Positions 48,381 to 58,918 of a stretch of DNA of 64,000 nt are shown piece after piece. The translations under genes were made by a program, and so were the position numbers. Under the pieces are notes generated by a model. It worked only from the letters and a program-made list of their open reading frames with translations, was not told where the DNA came from and did no database searches. This DNA is from Candidatus Thorarchaeota archaeon (GTDB lineage: Archaea; Asgardarchaeota; Thorarchaeia; Thorarchaeales; Thorarchaeaceae). Location: assembly GCA_004524445.1 (NCBI GenBank), contig SDNP01000007.1, positions 1 through 64,000 on the forward strand. Direction: 5' to 3'. Every line of letters begins with the position of its first letter. Positions within the stretch are counted from its first letter, which is position 1.

Positions 48381-49178
48381 TTACTTGTCGAAGAGAAGTC
48401 TGGCGGCCCCCGTATTGTAGATGCGCATACCATTTTCATGTAGTGCCCCCACAAGTGTAAGATTCCATTTCCGAGCCAGTTTTATGCCTGCATCAGTTGC
48501 CACCGCGAAGGAAATCAACAAAGGGATGCCAGTCCATACACATTTACTCACAACATCTGCCGTCAGGCGACCTGAAAGAATAGCTAGAGAAGTGTTCAGA
48601 TTCATATTCTTTGCGACTGCTAGTCCTAATACCTTGTCCATTGCATTATGCCTGCCAAGGTCTTCTGCCAAAACGTGTCTGCCACTCAACAGACTCGCCA
48701 CGAGTGCCCCGTGAGTTGCTCCAGTTCTTGAGCGAATTTCTTGGTTTTTCAGCAGGATTTCTGAATGCTCTATGATTTTTGACTCATGAACATCAACTGC
48801 TTGAGAGATACTTGTTGCCTTACCCTCCAATTGCAACAGCTCCAAAACGTCAAAGGCCGATTGTTTCGTATTCATTACCCGACAGACTCGGGACAGGTAT
48901 CTATCCAGATGAATGGAGGCACCATTTCTTGTTTCTATATTGCATCGATGCTTCGAATACTTCGCACCCCTAATATCACGGGGCGAATTGATAACTCCCG
49001 TTGACAATAGATGTCCGACAGATAACTCTCTCTCAAACCCTGGAGTACAGATAAAAGAGGCAAGGAATTCTCCATTGATTCTGAGTTCGAATACAGACTC
49101 TATGGCAACAAGATCCTCTTCATTCTTGACTTCAGAATCCTCCACTTTTAGGGTATCAAGGGGTCTGTAGGGCTTCAT
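48381..49178 (-). CDS. fdhD: Formate dehydrogenase accessory sulfurtransferase FdhD-like
   Basis: TGATHGA, EDLGRHNAMDK, SGRL. Confidence 0.88.
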   Translation of the reverse strand: MKPYRPLDTLKVEDSEVKNEEDLVAIESVFELRINGEFLASFICTPGFERELSVGHLLSTGVINSPRDIRGAKYSKHRCNIETRNGASIHLDRYLSRVCRVMNTKQSAFDVLELLQLEGKATSISQAVDVHESKIIEHSEILLKNQEIRSRTGATHGALVASLLSGRHVLAEDLGRHNAMDKVLGLAVAKNMNLNTSLAILSGRLTADVVSKCVWTGIPLLISFAVATDAGIKLARKWNLTLVGALHENGMRIYNTGAARLLFDK

Positions 49179-49217
49179 TGCTAATCATTCCGGTTCCGTT
49201 CCGAGTCGATAAAAGGA

Positions 49218-49943
49218 TTAAGATGATGACCTCGAATCAATCTCTACCTGCTCTTTCAAAGCCATTCCGAGTATGATGCATACTATCGTTGCCATGGCAA
49301 CCTTAATTGGAGTAATGAACGCAGCCGCCAGCCAGAGCATTTGCAGCTGAGAAGGTGTGAGTCCATAGAAGAACCAATATGTTTGACCTGGAATTAATAT
49401 GAATATACGAAGAAGAATATCTGATTCTAGACCAATAATCCCACTAAACAGGAGTTTACACGTACTCTTTCTCTCATCGGCTTGAGGCCAGATTTTTCCT
49501 ACTGACAACAATGCGGTCACTATGACAAGAGCATATCCAACCAAAACATCCCAAATTCCCCACAGAGGCAGTAGCCACGAAACAGGTGTAATGAAGTATC
49601 CTACAAGAAGTAGTGAATATATCGCAAATACTGGTTGCCAACGTTCACGATATGTGAAACCTGACATTAATGCTCCTAGAGGTGCCCCAATCATGAAAAC
49701 AAGCTCATATGGGTTTCGGAAATAGACCATATGACCCACAAGAGTACCTAAACCCACAGAAAACGCACCAAGATATGGCCCCAGCAGAACGCCTATCAAT
49801 GGACTCAGTAAGAAGGCCCACGAGTCCCATATGCCACTGTAAAATCCAGGAAAAATTGGCACGATATCTAGTACAGATATCATCGCTGCAAACACAGCGG
49901 CTAGTGAAATCAAGCGGCTTTGAAAACCCTCCTTTGACAGCAT
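49218..49943 (-). CDS. ECF transporter S-component-like membrane protein
   Basis: AAVFAA N-terminal helix, PLIGVLLGPYLG motif, about 6 TM. Confidence 0.7.
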   Translation of the reverse strand: MLSKEGFQSRLISLAAVFAAMISVLDIVPIFPGFYSGIWDSWAFLLSPLIGVLLGPYLGAFSVGLGTLVGHMVYFRNPYELVFMIGAPLGALMSGFTYRERWQPVFAIYSLLLVGYFITPVSWLLPLWGIWDVLVGYALVIVTALLSVGKIWPQADERKSTCKLLFSGIIGLESDILLRIFILIPGQTYWFFYGLTPSQLQMLWLAAAFITPIKVAMATIVCIILGMALKEQVEIDSRSSS

Positions 49944-50164
49944 AGATTCCTCTGGTATTTCTTGGTCTATTTAATTTGTCCTGCTCGAGAATAATAACAG
50001 CAAATTACCTCGCGTACTCAAAAAGCAGCTATGATTATTTTTCTTAGGATGGACATGCAATGTACCACCCAAATACAATTGTTGGATAGAAACCGATATC
50101 CATTCAATCGATAGCTTATTGTAGAACAAAAGTGGTATGGCATGCTCAGAGGAGCAACTGCGTG

Positions 50165-51223
50165 ATGCAAATCGGAATAGAGTTTGTCCCAGACAAACCA
50201 ATTGACAAAATCATCAAATGGACCAAACTTGCGGAAAAGGCCGGTTTCGACAATGTCTGGATAACTGACCATTACAATAACAGAAATGTATGGGCAACAC
50301 TAGCTGCATTAGCTTTGAAGACTGATAAAATCATGATGGGGCCTGGAGTGACTAACCCATATCATATCAATCCCGCATTGATTGCGTCTGCAGCTGTGAC
50401 AATAAATGAGCTTAGCAATGGACGCGCGCTCATCGGAATTGGCGCAGGTGACAAAGTCACGCTTAACGCATTAGGAATAAAATGGGAAAAACCTGTTAGT
50501 GCAGTCGTTGAAGCTATCGAGTACATAAGAACGCTAACTGATGGCAGTAGTTACAAAAAGGATGGAAGAGTCTTCAGTGTGAAGAAAGCAAAGCTGGCTT
50601 GTGTGAAAAAGGAGCCTATACTAGATAAGGATGGCAAGCCGGTGCTGGAAGACGGCAAGAAGGTTAAGCGAGGACCGAAGATTCCAATATATGCCGGTGC
50701 TCAAGGTCCAATGATGTTGCGGAACACAGCAGAAGTAGCTGATGGCATTCTCATCAACGCAAGTCATAAGAAAGACTTTGAAATTGCCATTAGGAAGATT
50801 GAAGAAGGTGCCAAGAAGGCTGGCCGTACTCTCAATGATATCGACATTTCTGCTTATACTGCTTTCAGCATTGGGGAAACTCGAAAGGATGCCCTCAAAG
50901 GAGATACCAAAATAGTCGTGGCCTTTATCGTTGCTGGATCTCCAGATCTTGTTCTCAAGCGGCACAGCCTAGACATGGATGAGTGCAACAGGGTCCGAGA
51001 ACTACTTCAGCAAGGTAATTTCAAAGACCTGCCGGATGCTGTGACCGACGAAATGATAGACGCTTTTGCTGTAGTTGGAGATGCACATCAATGTATCGAG
51101 CGCATCCAATCTCTTGAGGAGGTAGGTGTTACTCAGTTCATAGTTGGCTCACCAATTGGTCCTGACAAAGCCAAGGCAATAGAACAAGTAGGTAAAAAAA
51201 TCATCCCGCACTTCAAAGATTAA
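50165..51223 (+). CDS. mer: F420-dependent methylene-H4MPT reductase
   Basis: WITDHYNNRNV, GPGVTNPY, GAQGPMML, DGILINASH, GSPIGPD. Confidence 0.95.
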   Translation: MQIGIEFVPDKPIDKIIKWTKLAEKAGFDNVWITDHYNNRNVWATLAALALKTDKIMMGPGVTNPYHINPALIASAAVTINELSNGRALIGIGAGDKVTLNALGIKWEKPVSAVVEAIEYIRTLTDGSSYKKDGRVFSVKKAKLACVKKEPILDKDGKPVLEDGKKVKRGPKIPIYAGAQGPMMLRNTAEVADGILINASHKKDFEIAIRKIEEGAKKAGRTLNDIDISAYTAFSIGETRKDALKGDTKIVVAFIVAGSPDLVLKRHSLDMDECNRVRELLQQGNFKDLPDAVTDEMIDAFAVVGDAHQCIERIQSLEEVGVTQFIVGSPIGPDKAKAIEQVGKKIIPHFKD

Positions 51224-51546
51224 CCTGAAAACTAGAGAAGTCAAATCCTATTCGATGTGGTTTCTTAATCTATCAATTAGATAAAACATTGCATTGAATA
51301 TACGGCCCATAAGAAACTGGTGATATTTCCCAGCACCTCACGTGGAAGATAGAGGATTGAATTCTGGTCAGATTGACTTTACTCATAAGCCTAGAAAGGC
51401 CGTAGCGAGTGAATTGAGTATGGCAGACGACCAATAACCGTCATTCACCATTCATAGTGAAACCTCTCAGTGGAAAACCATGATAATTAAGACCGGAATC
51501 GTTTTATGAAAAATCCAAGGTTCTATTCTGTTTGGGAGGAAAACAC

Positions 51547-52410
51547 ATGACAAAAGATTGTACAATAGGAATTCTAAAACTAGGTGCTATTGGAGCTGCA
51601 CCGCTTATTGATCTACTATTTGATGAACGCGCTGAACGCAAGGATATTGCCATTAGAACAGTCACGACAGGTGCTTCTTTAGATGAGGAAGCATGCCAAG
51701 AGGCTGCAACCAGACTTGCAGAGATGACTCCCGACTTGGTGATATTAGTGAGTCCTAATGCAGCACTTCCTGGGCCCAAGGGAGCAAGAACGTATCTCTT
51801 GGATGAGGAGTTCAAGGTGCTCTCAATATCCGATATGCCTTCAAAGAACGCATTCTATTCCAAAGATGAATCAGGGAAGAAAGTGCCCTCAGTTCCTGAA
51901 ACAAGTGGTTTCATAATTCTACCAATGGACCCGATGATTGGAGCAAGGAAAGAGTTCTTGGATCCGACAGAGATGACCATTTTTAATGCTGACTTGATAA
52001 AGCTTCTCTCCTGCACTGGGGTGATGCGGTTTCTACAATACGAGCTGGAAAAACTAGTTGATAGTATCAAGACTAAATCCGATATTGATATGCCGACCCT
52101 TATTCTCACACCTGAACTGGCATTAGAGGCAGCTGGATTTGCGAATCCATATGCGCATGCAAAAGCCTACGCAGCACTGAAAATGGCAGAAGCAGTGGCA
52201 GACATCACAACAACGGCATGTTTTATGAGAAAAGACCCTGATGAATACGTACCGATGGTTGCAGCTGCACACGAGTTACTAGGAACTGCAGCAGAACTCG
52301 CAGCATATGCAAGAGAGATGGAGAAAGCAGGAAACTCTGTACTTCGTACACCTCATTCTTCCTCAGGAAAGAACCTCAGAAAAACAGAGTTATTTGAAAA
52401 ACCAGACTAA
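51547..52410 (+). CDS. mtd: F420-dependent methylene-H4MPT dehydrogenase
   Basis: KLGAIG, DERAER, SPNAALPGP, DPMIGARKEFLDPTEM, FANPYA, RTPH. Confidence 0.95.
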   Translation: MTKDCTIGILKLGAIGAAPLIDLLFDERAERKDIAIRTVTTGASLDEEACQEAATRLAEMTPDLVILVSPNAALPGPKGARTYLLDEEFKVLSISDMPSKNAFYSKDESGKKVPSVPETSGFIILPMDPMIGARKEFLDPTEMTIFNADLIKLLSCTGVMRFLQYELEKLVDSIKTKSDIDMPTLILTPELALEAAGFANPYAHAKAYAALKMAEAVADITTTACFMRKDPDEYVPMVAAAHELLGTAAELAAYAREMEKAGNSVLRTPHSSSGKNLRKTELFEKPD

Positions 52411-52456
52411 GATGTGGCTGCGGATGAATATTCATCTCGGGCATTTTCTTTATCGT

Positions 52457-53419
52457 CTACTCTCGCCCTAGAGAGTGCCTAAGAACCTTAGCATTCAGTG
52501 CGCCAGCTTGGTATTTATCACCTGTCTTGGTATTGCGAAGAGTTACTTTGGCAGGGCTGAAAAGAAGGGGATCCACCTTGTAGAAGTCAAAATCGAAGCT
52601 CTTGAAGAGTTCATAAAAAGGCGTCCCGTATTGAGATGAGGAAGATGACGGAACTTGCTGAACCAATATATCCAAGTCATCATCGTCTGAGGGCTCAATA
52701 TCATAAAATGTCTGTCCGGCGTAGAGAATACAATCATTAGTGATTCCCATGGCTTTGGTGTCCTTCTCGACAACAGGGGCTATGGGCGCCATGCCTTTTC
52801 CAGCCTTGATTTTGGCTGGGTCAAACTTGAGTTCATGCAGCTTATGGGCACCAACTTCAACAATTCTTGCTGATATTTGTACTGAACCTACCTTACACGC
52901 TGTAGGGGCAATAATGCAGTACAAATCAGATGTGGACACCCCACATTTACGTGCAATATACTCGGTAACATTCTCTGGAGGAAATCGTCTTGTTTCCAAC
53001 AAAATGACCGCCACATCTGACGAATCTTTGAAGTCGAATTCCTTGAACAGCTTCTCCACCGTGGCGAGAGCTCTTGCTGGACCTGACGCCATGCCGAAAT
53101 ATTTGCCTACATTGATGGTCCATCCCGCATATTGCGAACAAAGAGTTGCAGTTCGTACATGCTCTGTTTCTACTACCGCTGCCGGGAGAGTAAGGTCTCC
53201 AATACTCATCTCAGAAATCTTGACCGTACCCAGCCCAGCTAAACACACCTCACCCACAATCCTCCCCGCTTCCATTGATCCCGGAACCTCCACACCTGCA
53301 TCAATAATAGTCGTTCCATTCGATTGCTTTGTCAATGTACATCCAAGGGCACTGCTATTATCCATAAGCTTCTCAAGAACTAAGAATGCTCTCTCATTCA
53401 ACTTAGTAATCAGACTCAT
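52457..53419 (-). CDS. mch: Methenyl-H4MPT cyclohydrolase
   Basis: SQYAGW, SGPARALA, GSVQISARIVE, GITNDCILY, DFYKVDPLLFSPA. Confidence 0.95.
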   Translation of the reverse strand: MSLITKLNERAFLVLEKLMDNSSALGCTLTKQSNGTTIIDAGVEVPGSMEAGRIVGEVCLAGLGTVKISEMSIGDLTLPAAVVETEHVRTATLCSQYAGWTINVGKYFGMASGPARALATVEKLFKEFDFKDSSDVAVILLETRRFPPENVTEYIARKCGVSTSDLYCIIAPTACKVGSVQISARIVEVGAHKLHELKFDPAKIKAGKGMAPIAPVVEKDTKAMGITNDCILYAGQTFYDIEPSDDDDLDILVQQVPSSSSSQYGTPFYELFKSFDFDFYKVDPLLFSPAKVTLRNTKTGDKYQAGALNAKVLRHSLGRE

Positions 53420-54282
53420 CAACTCACAAGATGTTCATTTAACGCAACCCGTGCATAGATTTCCTCTCTCGGATTTCCTTCAGCAAAATCTCCCACAAAC
53501 TTCACCCATTTCTCTGTTTCAGTCGGTTCCAGGCCTTCTGGCATAAAATCTGGGCGGCGCAGCTTGAGATATCGCAGATAGTATCCAGTAAACTCCCTCT
53601 TTGAAATACCACTGTACTTGTAGGTTGGTGGCAAGGAGTCTACTCTTCCAAGTGCAAAAATCATCCCTCTAGTAGCTCCAATCCCTACTCTGGGCCCCAA
53701 TCCCCCTCCAATCATGATTGATCCTCCTCTCATTCTTACTGCAGCCATCTCTCCTACGTTTCCTTTCACAGCAATGAATCCTCGTCGCATTTGAGAAGCC
53801 AATTCTCGCCCGACATCTCCACCAACATAGACTCTGCCTCCCCTCATCCCTTCCGCGCTCCCTCTGTATCCAGCACAGAGATAGTCTCCTGCATTTCCCT
53901 CTATCTGAATATTTCCGCCCTCCTGTTCTGCAGCTGCCCATGCATCAACAGATCCACTCACTTTGATTCTCCCTGCAATCATTTCAGCTCCCAGATACAT
54001 CCCTGTATCTCCCTCAACACTTAGCCGTCCTCCGTTCATCCCTCTTCCAATCATCTTTACTTGCTTCAAATTCCCCTTCAAAATGATCTCAGTTTCATCA
54101 ATTTCCTTGGTGCCATCACCCTCAATTTCAAAGAATTCTTCTAGAGGCAGAGATCTGTTTCCTTGATGAATTTCAATTTCACCAATCTCCATCAATGATT
54201 TTCCTGCGAACTGTGATGGGGTGATATTATCTGCTTCCAAGGGAATATCAGGTTTCTCTTTCAGAGTAAGGAGTATCGTCAA
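53419..54282 (-). CDS. fwdC: Formylmethanofuran dehydrogenase subunit C
   Basis: EADNITP; repeated M.GG.I.V.G beta-helix; YRGS..GMRGG. Confidence 0.93.
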   Translation of the reverse strand: MTILLTLKEKPDIPLEADNITPSQFAGKSLMEIGEIEIHQGNRSLPLEEFFEIEGDGTKEIDETEIILKGNLKQVKMIGRGMNGGRLSVEGDTGMYLGAEMIAGRIKVSGSVDAWAAAEQEGGNIQIEGNAGDYLCAGYRGSAEGMRGGRVYVGGDVGRELASQMRRGFIAVKGNVGEMAAVRMRGGSIMIGGGLGPRVGIGATRGMIFALGRVDSLPPTYKYSGISKREFTGYYLRYLKLRRPDFMPEGLEPTETEKWVKFVGDFAEGNPREEIYARVALNEHLVS

Positions 54283-54401
54283 GAAGAATCTCTCCTAGTC
54301 GTATCGTCATAGCAAACGCTCTGATAAGCTCTTGGAAAATTGTACTCGGAAGAAAGAAAAGCCTGCATATCCGAAGGAAAACCATCAAGAGGAGAGCTTG
54401 C

Positions 54402-55298
54402 GTGAAGATTAATGGCGTGCCTATCGAAGACACCTTTGCTGAAGCCTTTAGTATGCACATGAATAGAAGCATTATTACAGCCTACGATGCAGAATGGGCA
54501 AGGACTACAGCTTTGGAAGCAACCGGATTTGCCACATCAGTGATAATGACGCCCGCCGAAGCCGGCATTGAGTATATCTTATCTCCCGATGAAACACCAG
54601 ATGGACGTCCTGGCGTACGGGTGATTTTCGCTACAGCAAAGAAGGATGCCTTAGAACAGCAGATTCTGGCACGTCTTGGGCAGTGTGTTTTGACTAGTCC
54701 AACAGCATGTGCATTTGATGACACTCCAAATGTCAAGGATTCGTATGCCATTGGAAACAGGATTGCGATGTTTGGAGACGGATATCAAGTCAAAAAAGGA
54801 ACTATTCATGGCCGTATCTTGTGGCTGGTTCCTCGAATGAGCGGCACATTTGTGATTCAAGAGAAATTTGGGAGAACCAAGGGAGTTGCAGGAGGGAATG
54901 TGATTTACTTCTGCGAGGATATCGATAGTGGAATGAGAAGTGGGAAGGCTGCCGTCAAAGCAATTGAAGGTGTGGAAGGAGCATATACCCCATTTCCGGG
55001 CGGTCTTGTTGGCTCCGGCTCAAAGCCATCTTCCAAATACAAGGCTCTTCTTGCCTCCACTAATGAACGATATTGCCCAACCCTACGAGCTTTGGTCTCC
55101 GACACGTATGTTCCAGACGATAGCGATTTTGTAATGGAAATTGTAATCAACGGTCTCTCCGAGGATACCGTAGGAGAGGCCATGAAGGCCGCAATTCTTG
55201 AGATTTGTCAGCATCAAGGAGTCATCAAAATATCTGCAGGTAATTTCGGAGGAGAACTAGGCAAGTATAAAATCAACCTCCATGATATTGGGCTATAG
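54402..55298 (+). CDS. ftr: Formylmethanofuran:H4MPT formyltransferase
   Basis: IEDTFAEAF, TPDGRPG, FGDGYQ, GVAGGN, EIVING, SAGNFGG. Confidence 0.96.
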   Translation: MKINGVPIEDTFAEAFSMHMNRSIITAYDAEWARTTALEATGFATSVIMTPAEAGIEYILSPDETPDGRPGVRVIFATAKKDALEQQILARLGQCVLTSPTACAFDDTPNVKDSYAIGNRIAMFGDGYQVKKGTIHGRILWLVPRMSGTFVIQEKFGRTKGVAGGNVIYFCEDIDSGMRSGKAAVKAIEGVEGAYTPFPGGLVGSGSKPSSKYKALLASTNERYCPTLRALVSDTYVPDDSDFVMEIVINGLSEDTVGEAMKAAILEICQHQGVIKISAGNFGGELGKYKINLHDIGL

Positions 55299-55473
55299 AC
55301 TTGAAACCTCCTAAGGGTTCAATCATAAATGAGAAATCTATGTCTATATTCCCCCTTGTCATCAAATATCGATGGAAAACACGAGATCTTCCTCGGCGTA
55401 ATCATTGCTAATCAGACCATAACCAATATCACTGACTAATCATACACACGATGAACTATGGGATGCTTTATTC

Positions 55474-55878
55474 ATGAACGATGAAAAGGCTATAGTCCAA
55501 ATAACCTCTGGCCGGACTCTTATACAAGGAAGAGCCATTGAAAAAGGAAAGACAAGCCAAGAGTATCTAGATGCGGTTGCAGTCTGCGAGCTCAGTGATA
55601 AGGACATGAGATCTCTTGGTTTAGAGAAAGGAGATACTATTCTAGTCGAATCAGAGTTCGGAAAGACTATTGTTAGAAGTAAGCTGGACAAGAATCTGCC
55701 TGATGGATTTGCATTTATGCCCTGTGGCCCGTATTTTAATTCGCTCATCGCTTCTGATACACAATTCAGTGGAATGCCTTCATATAAGTCCGTGAAGGCA
55801 TCAATCCGCCGCGCCAATGGTAAGACAATACGGTCCATCGAGGAAATGGCTAATCCTGGCAAGAAGGTTGTTAGATGA
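55474..55878 (+). CDS. fwdD: Formylmethanofuran dehydrogenase subunit D
   Basis: SGRTLIQG, FMPCGP, GMPSYK molybdopterin-dinucleotide-binding motifs. Confidence 0.9.
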   Translation: MNDEKAIVQITSGRTLIQGRAIEKGKTSQEYLDAVAVCELSDKDMRSLGLEKGDTILVESEFGKTIVRSKLDKNLPDGFAFMPCGPYFNSLIASDTQFSGMPSYKSVKASIRRANGKTIRSIEEMANPGKKVVR

Positions 55879-57173
55879 CAGAAACTAACCATATTTTTGA
55901 GAATGTGCCATGCACATTCTGTGGCTGCTTATGTGATGATTTGATCATCGAGGTGAGCGACAACAAAGTTATGAAAAACACGAATGGCTGCGCAATCTCA
56001 AATGAGCGATTTCTTGGTCATGCCGAGAACAGGTTGCTTCGGCCCACTGTTGACGGTACAGATGTATCTCTTGAGCAGGCTGTGGATCGAGCCGTCAAGA
56101 TTCTCAAATCATCAAGGCACCCTCTCATTTACGGACTGAGTTCAACAGAGAACGATGCTCACCGTTATGCTTACAGGATTGCTGAATTAGTTGGTGGTAT
56201 CGTGGACAACACCACTTCTGTTTGTCACGGCCCCACAATCTTGGGGGCCCAAGACTCCGGAGAGGTAACAGCCTCTTTGGCTGAAACTAGGCATCGAGCC
56301 GACTTAGTAATCTACTGGGGGTCAAACCCAGCGGCAGCGCACCCGAGACATATCCCCCGTTATATTCGTCAGCCCGGGGAGTATATTACAGATCCCAAGA
56401 CGGAGCGAGATATTTGGGTTGTAGACATAAGAAAAACAACTACGGCACGAATGGCAGACCGATTCATCCAAATCACACTTGGTACTGATTTAGAGGTTCT
56501 TCTCGTTCTGAGGGCTTTGATTAGAGGACATGAGCTTGATGTATCTGTAGTTGGCGGTTTGAAAATAGATGAACTCAAAGAAATAGCTCAAACATTGAAG
56601 GAAACAAAATACGGTGTTCTCTTTTTCGGACTTGGTCTTACCCAAAGCAGAGGCCGTCATCGAAATGTGGATGCTGCTATTCGTCTAGTCCAAGATCTGA
56701 ACTCCTATACAAAGTGGAATATGATGCCGATGAGAGGCCATTACAACGTTTCAGGAGCTAATAAGACCTGTACATGGCAAACAGGATTTCCGTACGCTGT
56801 TGATTATTCCAGAGGCTATCCAAGGTATCAACCAGGCGAATATTCTGCAGTAGACGCTCTCGCAAGAGAAGAAGTGGATGCAATGGTCAATATTGCAGCA
56901 GACCCAGTGGCACACTTTCCTGAGAGCGTCATTGCCCATCTTCAGAAGATACCTGTCATCAATATTGATCCTAAGGTGAATATGACATCATATGTGGCTG
57001 AAGTCAATATACCTGCAGCCATAGCTGGAATCGAATGTGATGGGGCGGCAACCCGCATGGATGGCCTTCCACTGTATTTGAGAAAAGTCATAGATCCTCC
57101 AGATGGTATTCTTCCCGACCGGGATATTCTACGAATGATATACGACCTACTCAAAAAGGAGATGAAGAAATGA
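55875..57173 (+). CDS. fwdB: Formylmethanofuran dehydrogenase subunit B (Cys form)
   Basis: CTFCGCLCDD, SVCHGP, WGSNP..AHPRH, MRGHYNV. Confidence 0.96.
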   Translation: MTETNHIFENVPCTFCGCLCDDLIIEVSDNKVMKNTNGCAISNERFLGHAENRLLRPTVDGTDVSLEQAVDRAVKILKSSRHPLIYGLSSTENDAHRYAYRIAELVGGIVDNTTSVCHGPTILGAQDSGEVTASLAETRHRADLVIYWGSNPAAAHPRHIPRYIRQPGEYITDPKTERDIWVVDIRKTTTARMADRFIQITLGTDLEVLLVLRALIRGHELDVSVVGGLKIDELKEIAQTLKETKYGVLFFGLGLTQSRGRHRNVDAAIRLVQDLNSYTKWNMMPMRGHYNVSGANKTCTWQTGFPYAVDYSRGYPRYQPGEYSAVDALAREEVDAMVNIAADPVAHFPESVIAHLQKIPVINIDPKVNMTSYVAEVNIPAAIAGIECDGAATRMDGLPLYLRKVIDPPDGILPDRDILRMIYDLLKKEMKK

Positions 57174-58918
57174 CACAGGACATTCTGCTCAAGAATGGCA
57201 CAGTCTACGATCCTATTAATGACATAAATGGAGAGGTCATGGACATATGCATCTCAGACGGAAAAATAGTTGAGAAAGTATCCGGAAGTGCCAAAGAGAT
57301 AGACCTGAGTAGGTCTGCCGTGATGCCTGGCGGAGTTGACATGCATTCCCACATTATTGGGTCAAAACTGAATGTAGCAAGAATGACATCTCCTGATGCT
57401 AATCGACATTTCCCCTTGTATGGGTCGAAGAAGACAAGGTCTGGAGTTGCAGGAATCATACCCTCCTCTTATGCTACTGGATATCTGTATTCACGCATGG
57501 GATATACAACAGTGATTGAGCCCGCTCTTCCTGCTGTAAAGGGATTAGGCGCATGGGAGGAAGCTGAGGATATACCGGGCTTGGACATGGCAATGCTTCC
57601 ACTCTTCTCTAATAGCATGATTACTTTCAGATATATTCAGGATGACGATATCAGTGGACTGGCAGCATATATTGCTTGGACTCTGAAGAGTGTGGGCGGA
57701 TTCGGGGTCAAAGTTGTCAACCCGGGAGGTACCTATGCATGGGCATATGGCAAGAACGTTCGAGAACTTGACACCGAAGTTCCCCAATGGGGTATCACGC
57801 CTCGTGAAATTGTCACAGGAATTGCTAATGCTGTGGAATCACTAGGTCTCCCTCACCAACTTCATTTGCATCCTAATAATCTGGGACGCGTTGGAAATGT
57901 CAAGACGACGATTGAACAACTCGATGCTCTCAAGAATGTGAAGGGCCATGACAAGAGGAAGGAGATAGTCCATCTGACACATATGTCATTTGATTGTCTT
58001 GGAATGACTGAGGATGGTGATCATGAATGGAAAGATGTGTCTTCTGGAGGTGTAGAATTCGCTGAATACTATGACAAGAATGAACACTTCACCACCGATC
58101 TCGGTCAAATCACATTTGGTCCAGCAATGACCATGACGGGTGATGGACCATTTCAATTCTCTCTTTACCAGATGTCCGGAGGAACTACAAAGTGGTCGAA
58201 CATTCCGGTAGATGTCGAACTCCCCGGTGGGGCAGGTATAGTCCCCTTTACATTTACTCCCTCCAGCCCTGCCAACTCTGTTCAGTGGGCCATTCCGCTC
58301 GAATTTGCTCTGAGTATAGATGATGTTTGGCGGTGTGTCATGACAACTGACCATCCAAATGGTGGTCCATTCCAGAAGTACCCCTTGGTCATATCGTGGC
58401 TAATGAGTAAGAAACAGCGCGAGAATTGGATTGATAAGACTCACAAGTACGTTGCAGAGAGAACAGCCTTGCCTGACATTGACAGGGAATACACACTCTC
58501 AGAGATTGCAATCGTTACAAGAGCCGGCCCTGCAAAGATACTTGGTATGGATGTAACGAAGGGACATCTTGGTATTGGCGCAGACGCAGATATTGCAGTC
58601 TTTGGGTTCAATCCCGAAAAGATCGAATTAGCGAAAACCCCCGACAAGATAGTCAGGCATTTCAGCCAGACTTTGTTCACGTTCAAGGGCGGGCAACAAG
58701 TGGCCAAGGGAGGAAGGATTGGGGTGCATCTGCAACCAAGAGTATTTTCCATACGCCCGCAACTTAGGGAGGATCTCCAAAAACGCATAGATAAGGAGCT
58801 TGAGGAAATGATGGGGAAGTGGTTCTCACATTCCTTCAGCAACTATCCTGTTCCCAAACGTTATAGGGTCGGAATTGAACAGCAATCAATTATCGATGCT
58901 ACGTCAGTAGCCGCGTAG
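57170..58918 (+). CDS. fwdA: Formylmethanofuran dehydrogenase subunit A
   Basis: GGVDMHSH, KVVNPGG, HLHPNNLG, TTDHPNGGPF, TRAGPA, GHLG.GADADIA. Confidence 0.96.
   Translation: MTQDILLKNGTVYDPINDINGEVMDICISDGKIVEKVSGSAKEIDLSRSAVMPGGVDMHSHIIGSKLNVARMTSPDANRHFPLYGSKKTRSGVAGIIPSSYATGYLYSRMGYTTVIEPALPAVKGLGAWEEAEDIPGLDMAMLPLFSNSMITFRYIQDDDISGLAAYIAWTLKSVGGFGVKVVNPGGTYAWAYGKNVRELDTEVPQWGITPREIVTGIANAVESLGLPHQLHLHPNNLGRVGNVKTTIEQLDALKNVKGHDKRKEIVHLTHMSFDCLGMTEDGDHEWKDVSSGGVEFAEYYDKNEHFTTDLGQITFGPAMTMTGDGPFQFSLYQMSGGTTKWSNIPVDVELPGGAGIVPFTFTPSSPANSVQWAIPLEFALSIDDVWRCVMTTDHPNGGPFQKYPLVISWLMSKKQRENWIDKTHKYVAERTALPDIDREYTLSEIAIVTRAGPAKILGMDVTKGHLGIGADADIAVFGFNPEKIELAKTPDKIVRHFSQTLFTFKGGQQVAKGGRIGVHLQPRVFSIRPQLREDLQKRIDKELEEMMGKWFSHSFSNYPVPKRYRVGIEQQSIIDATSVAA

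Noticed and set aside
52740-53546. 268-aa + strand ORF and the many other antisense or shifted ORFs in the track
   Set aside because: They are shadows of well-supported genes (here mch/fwdC) and carry no motifs of their own.
55875-57173. Selenocysteine in FwdB, or UGA read-through of the 21290 peptide
   Set aside because: The FwdB ligand is a Cys codon (SVCHGP). Read-through of TGA 21407 meets another TGA 11 codons later, and I saw no convincing SECIS.
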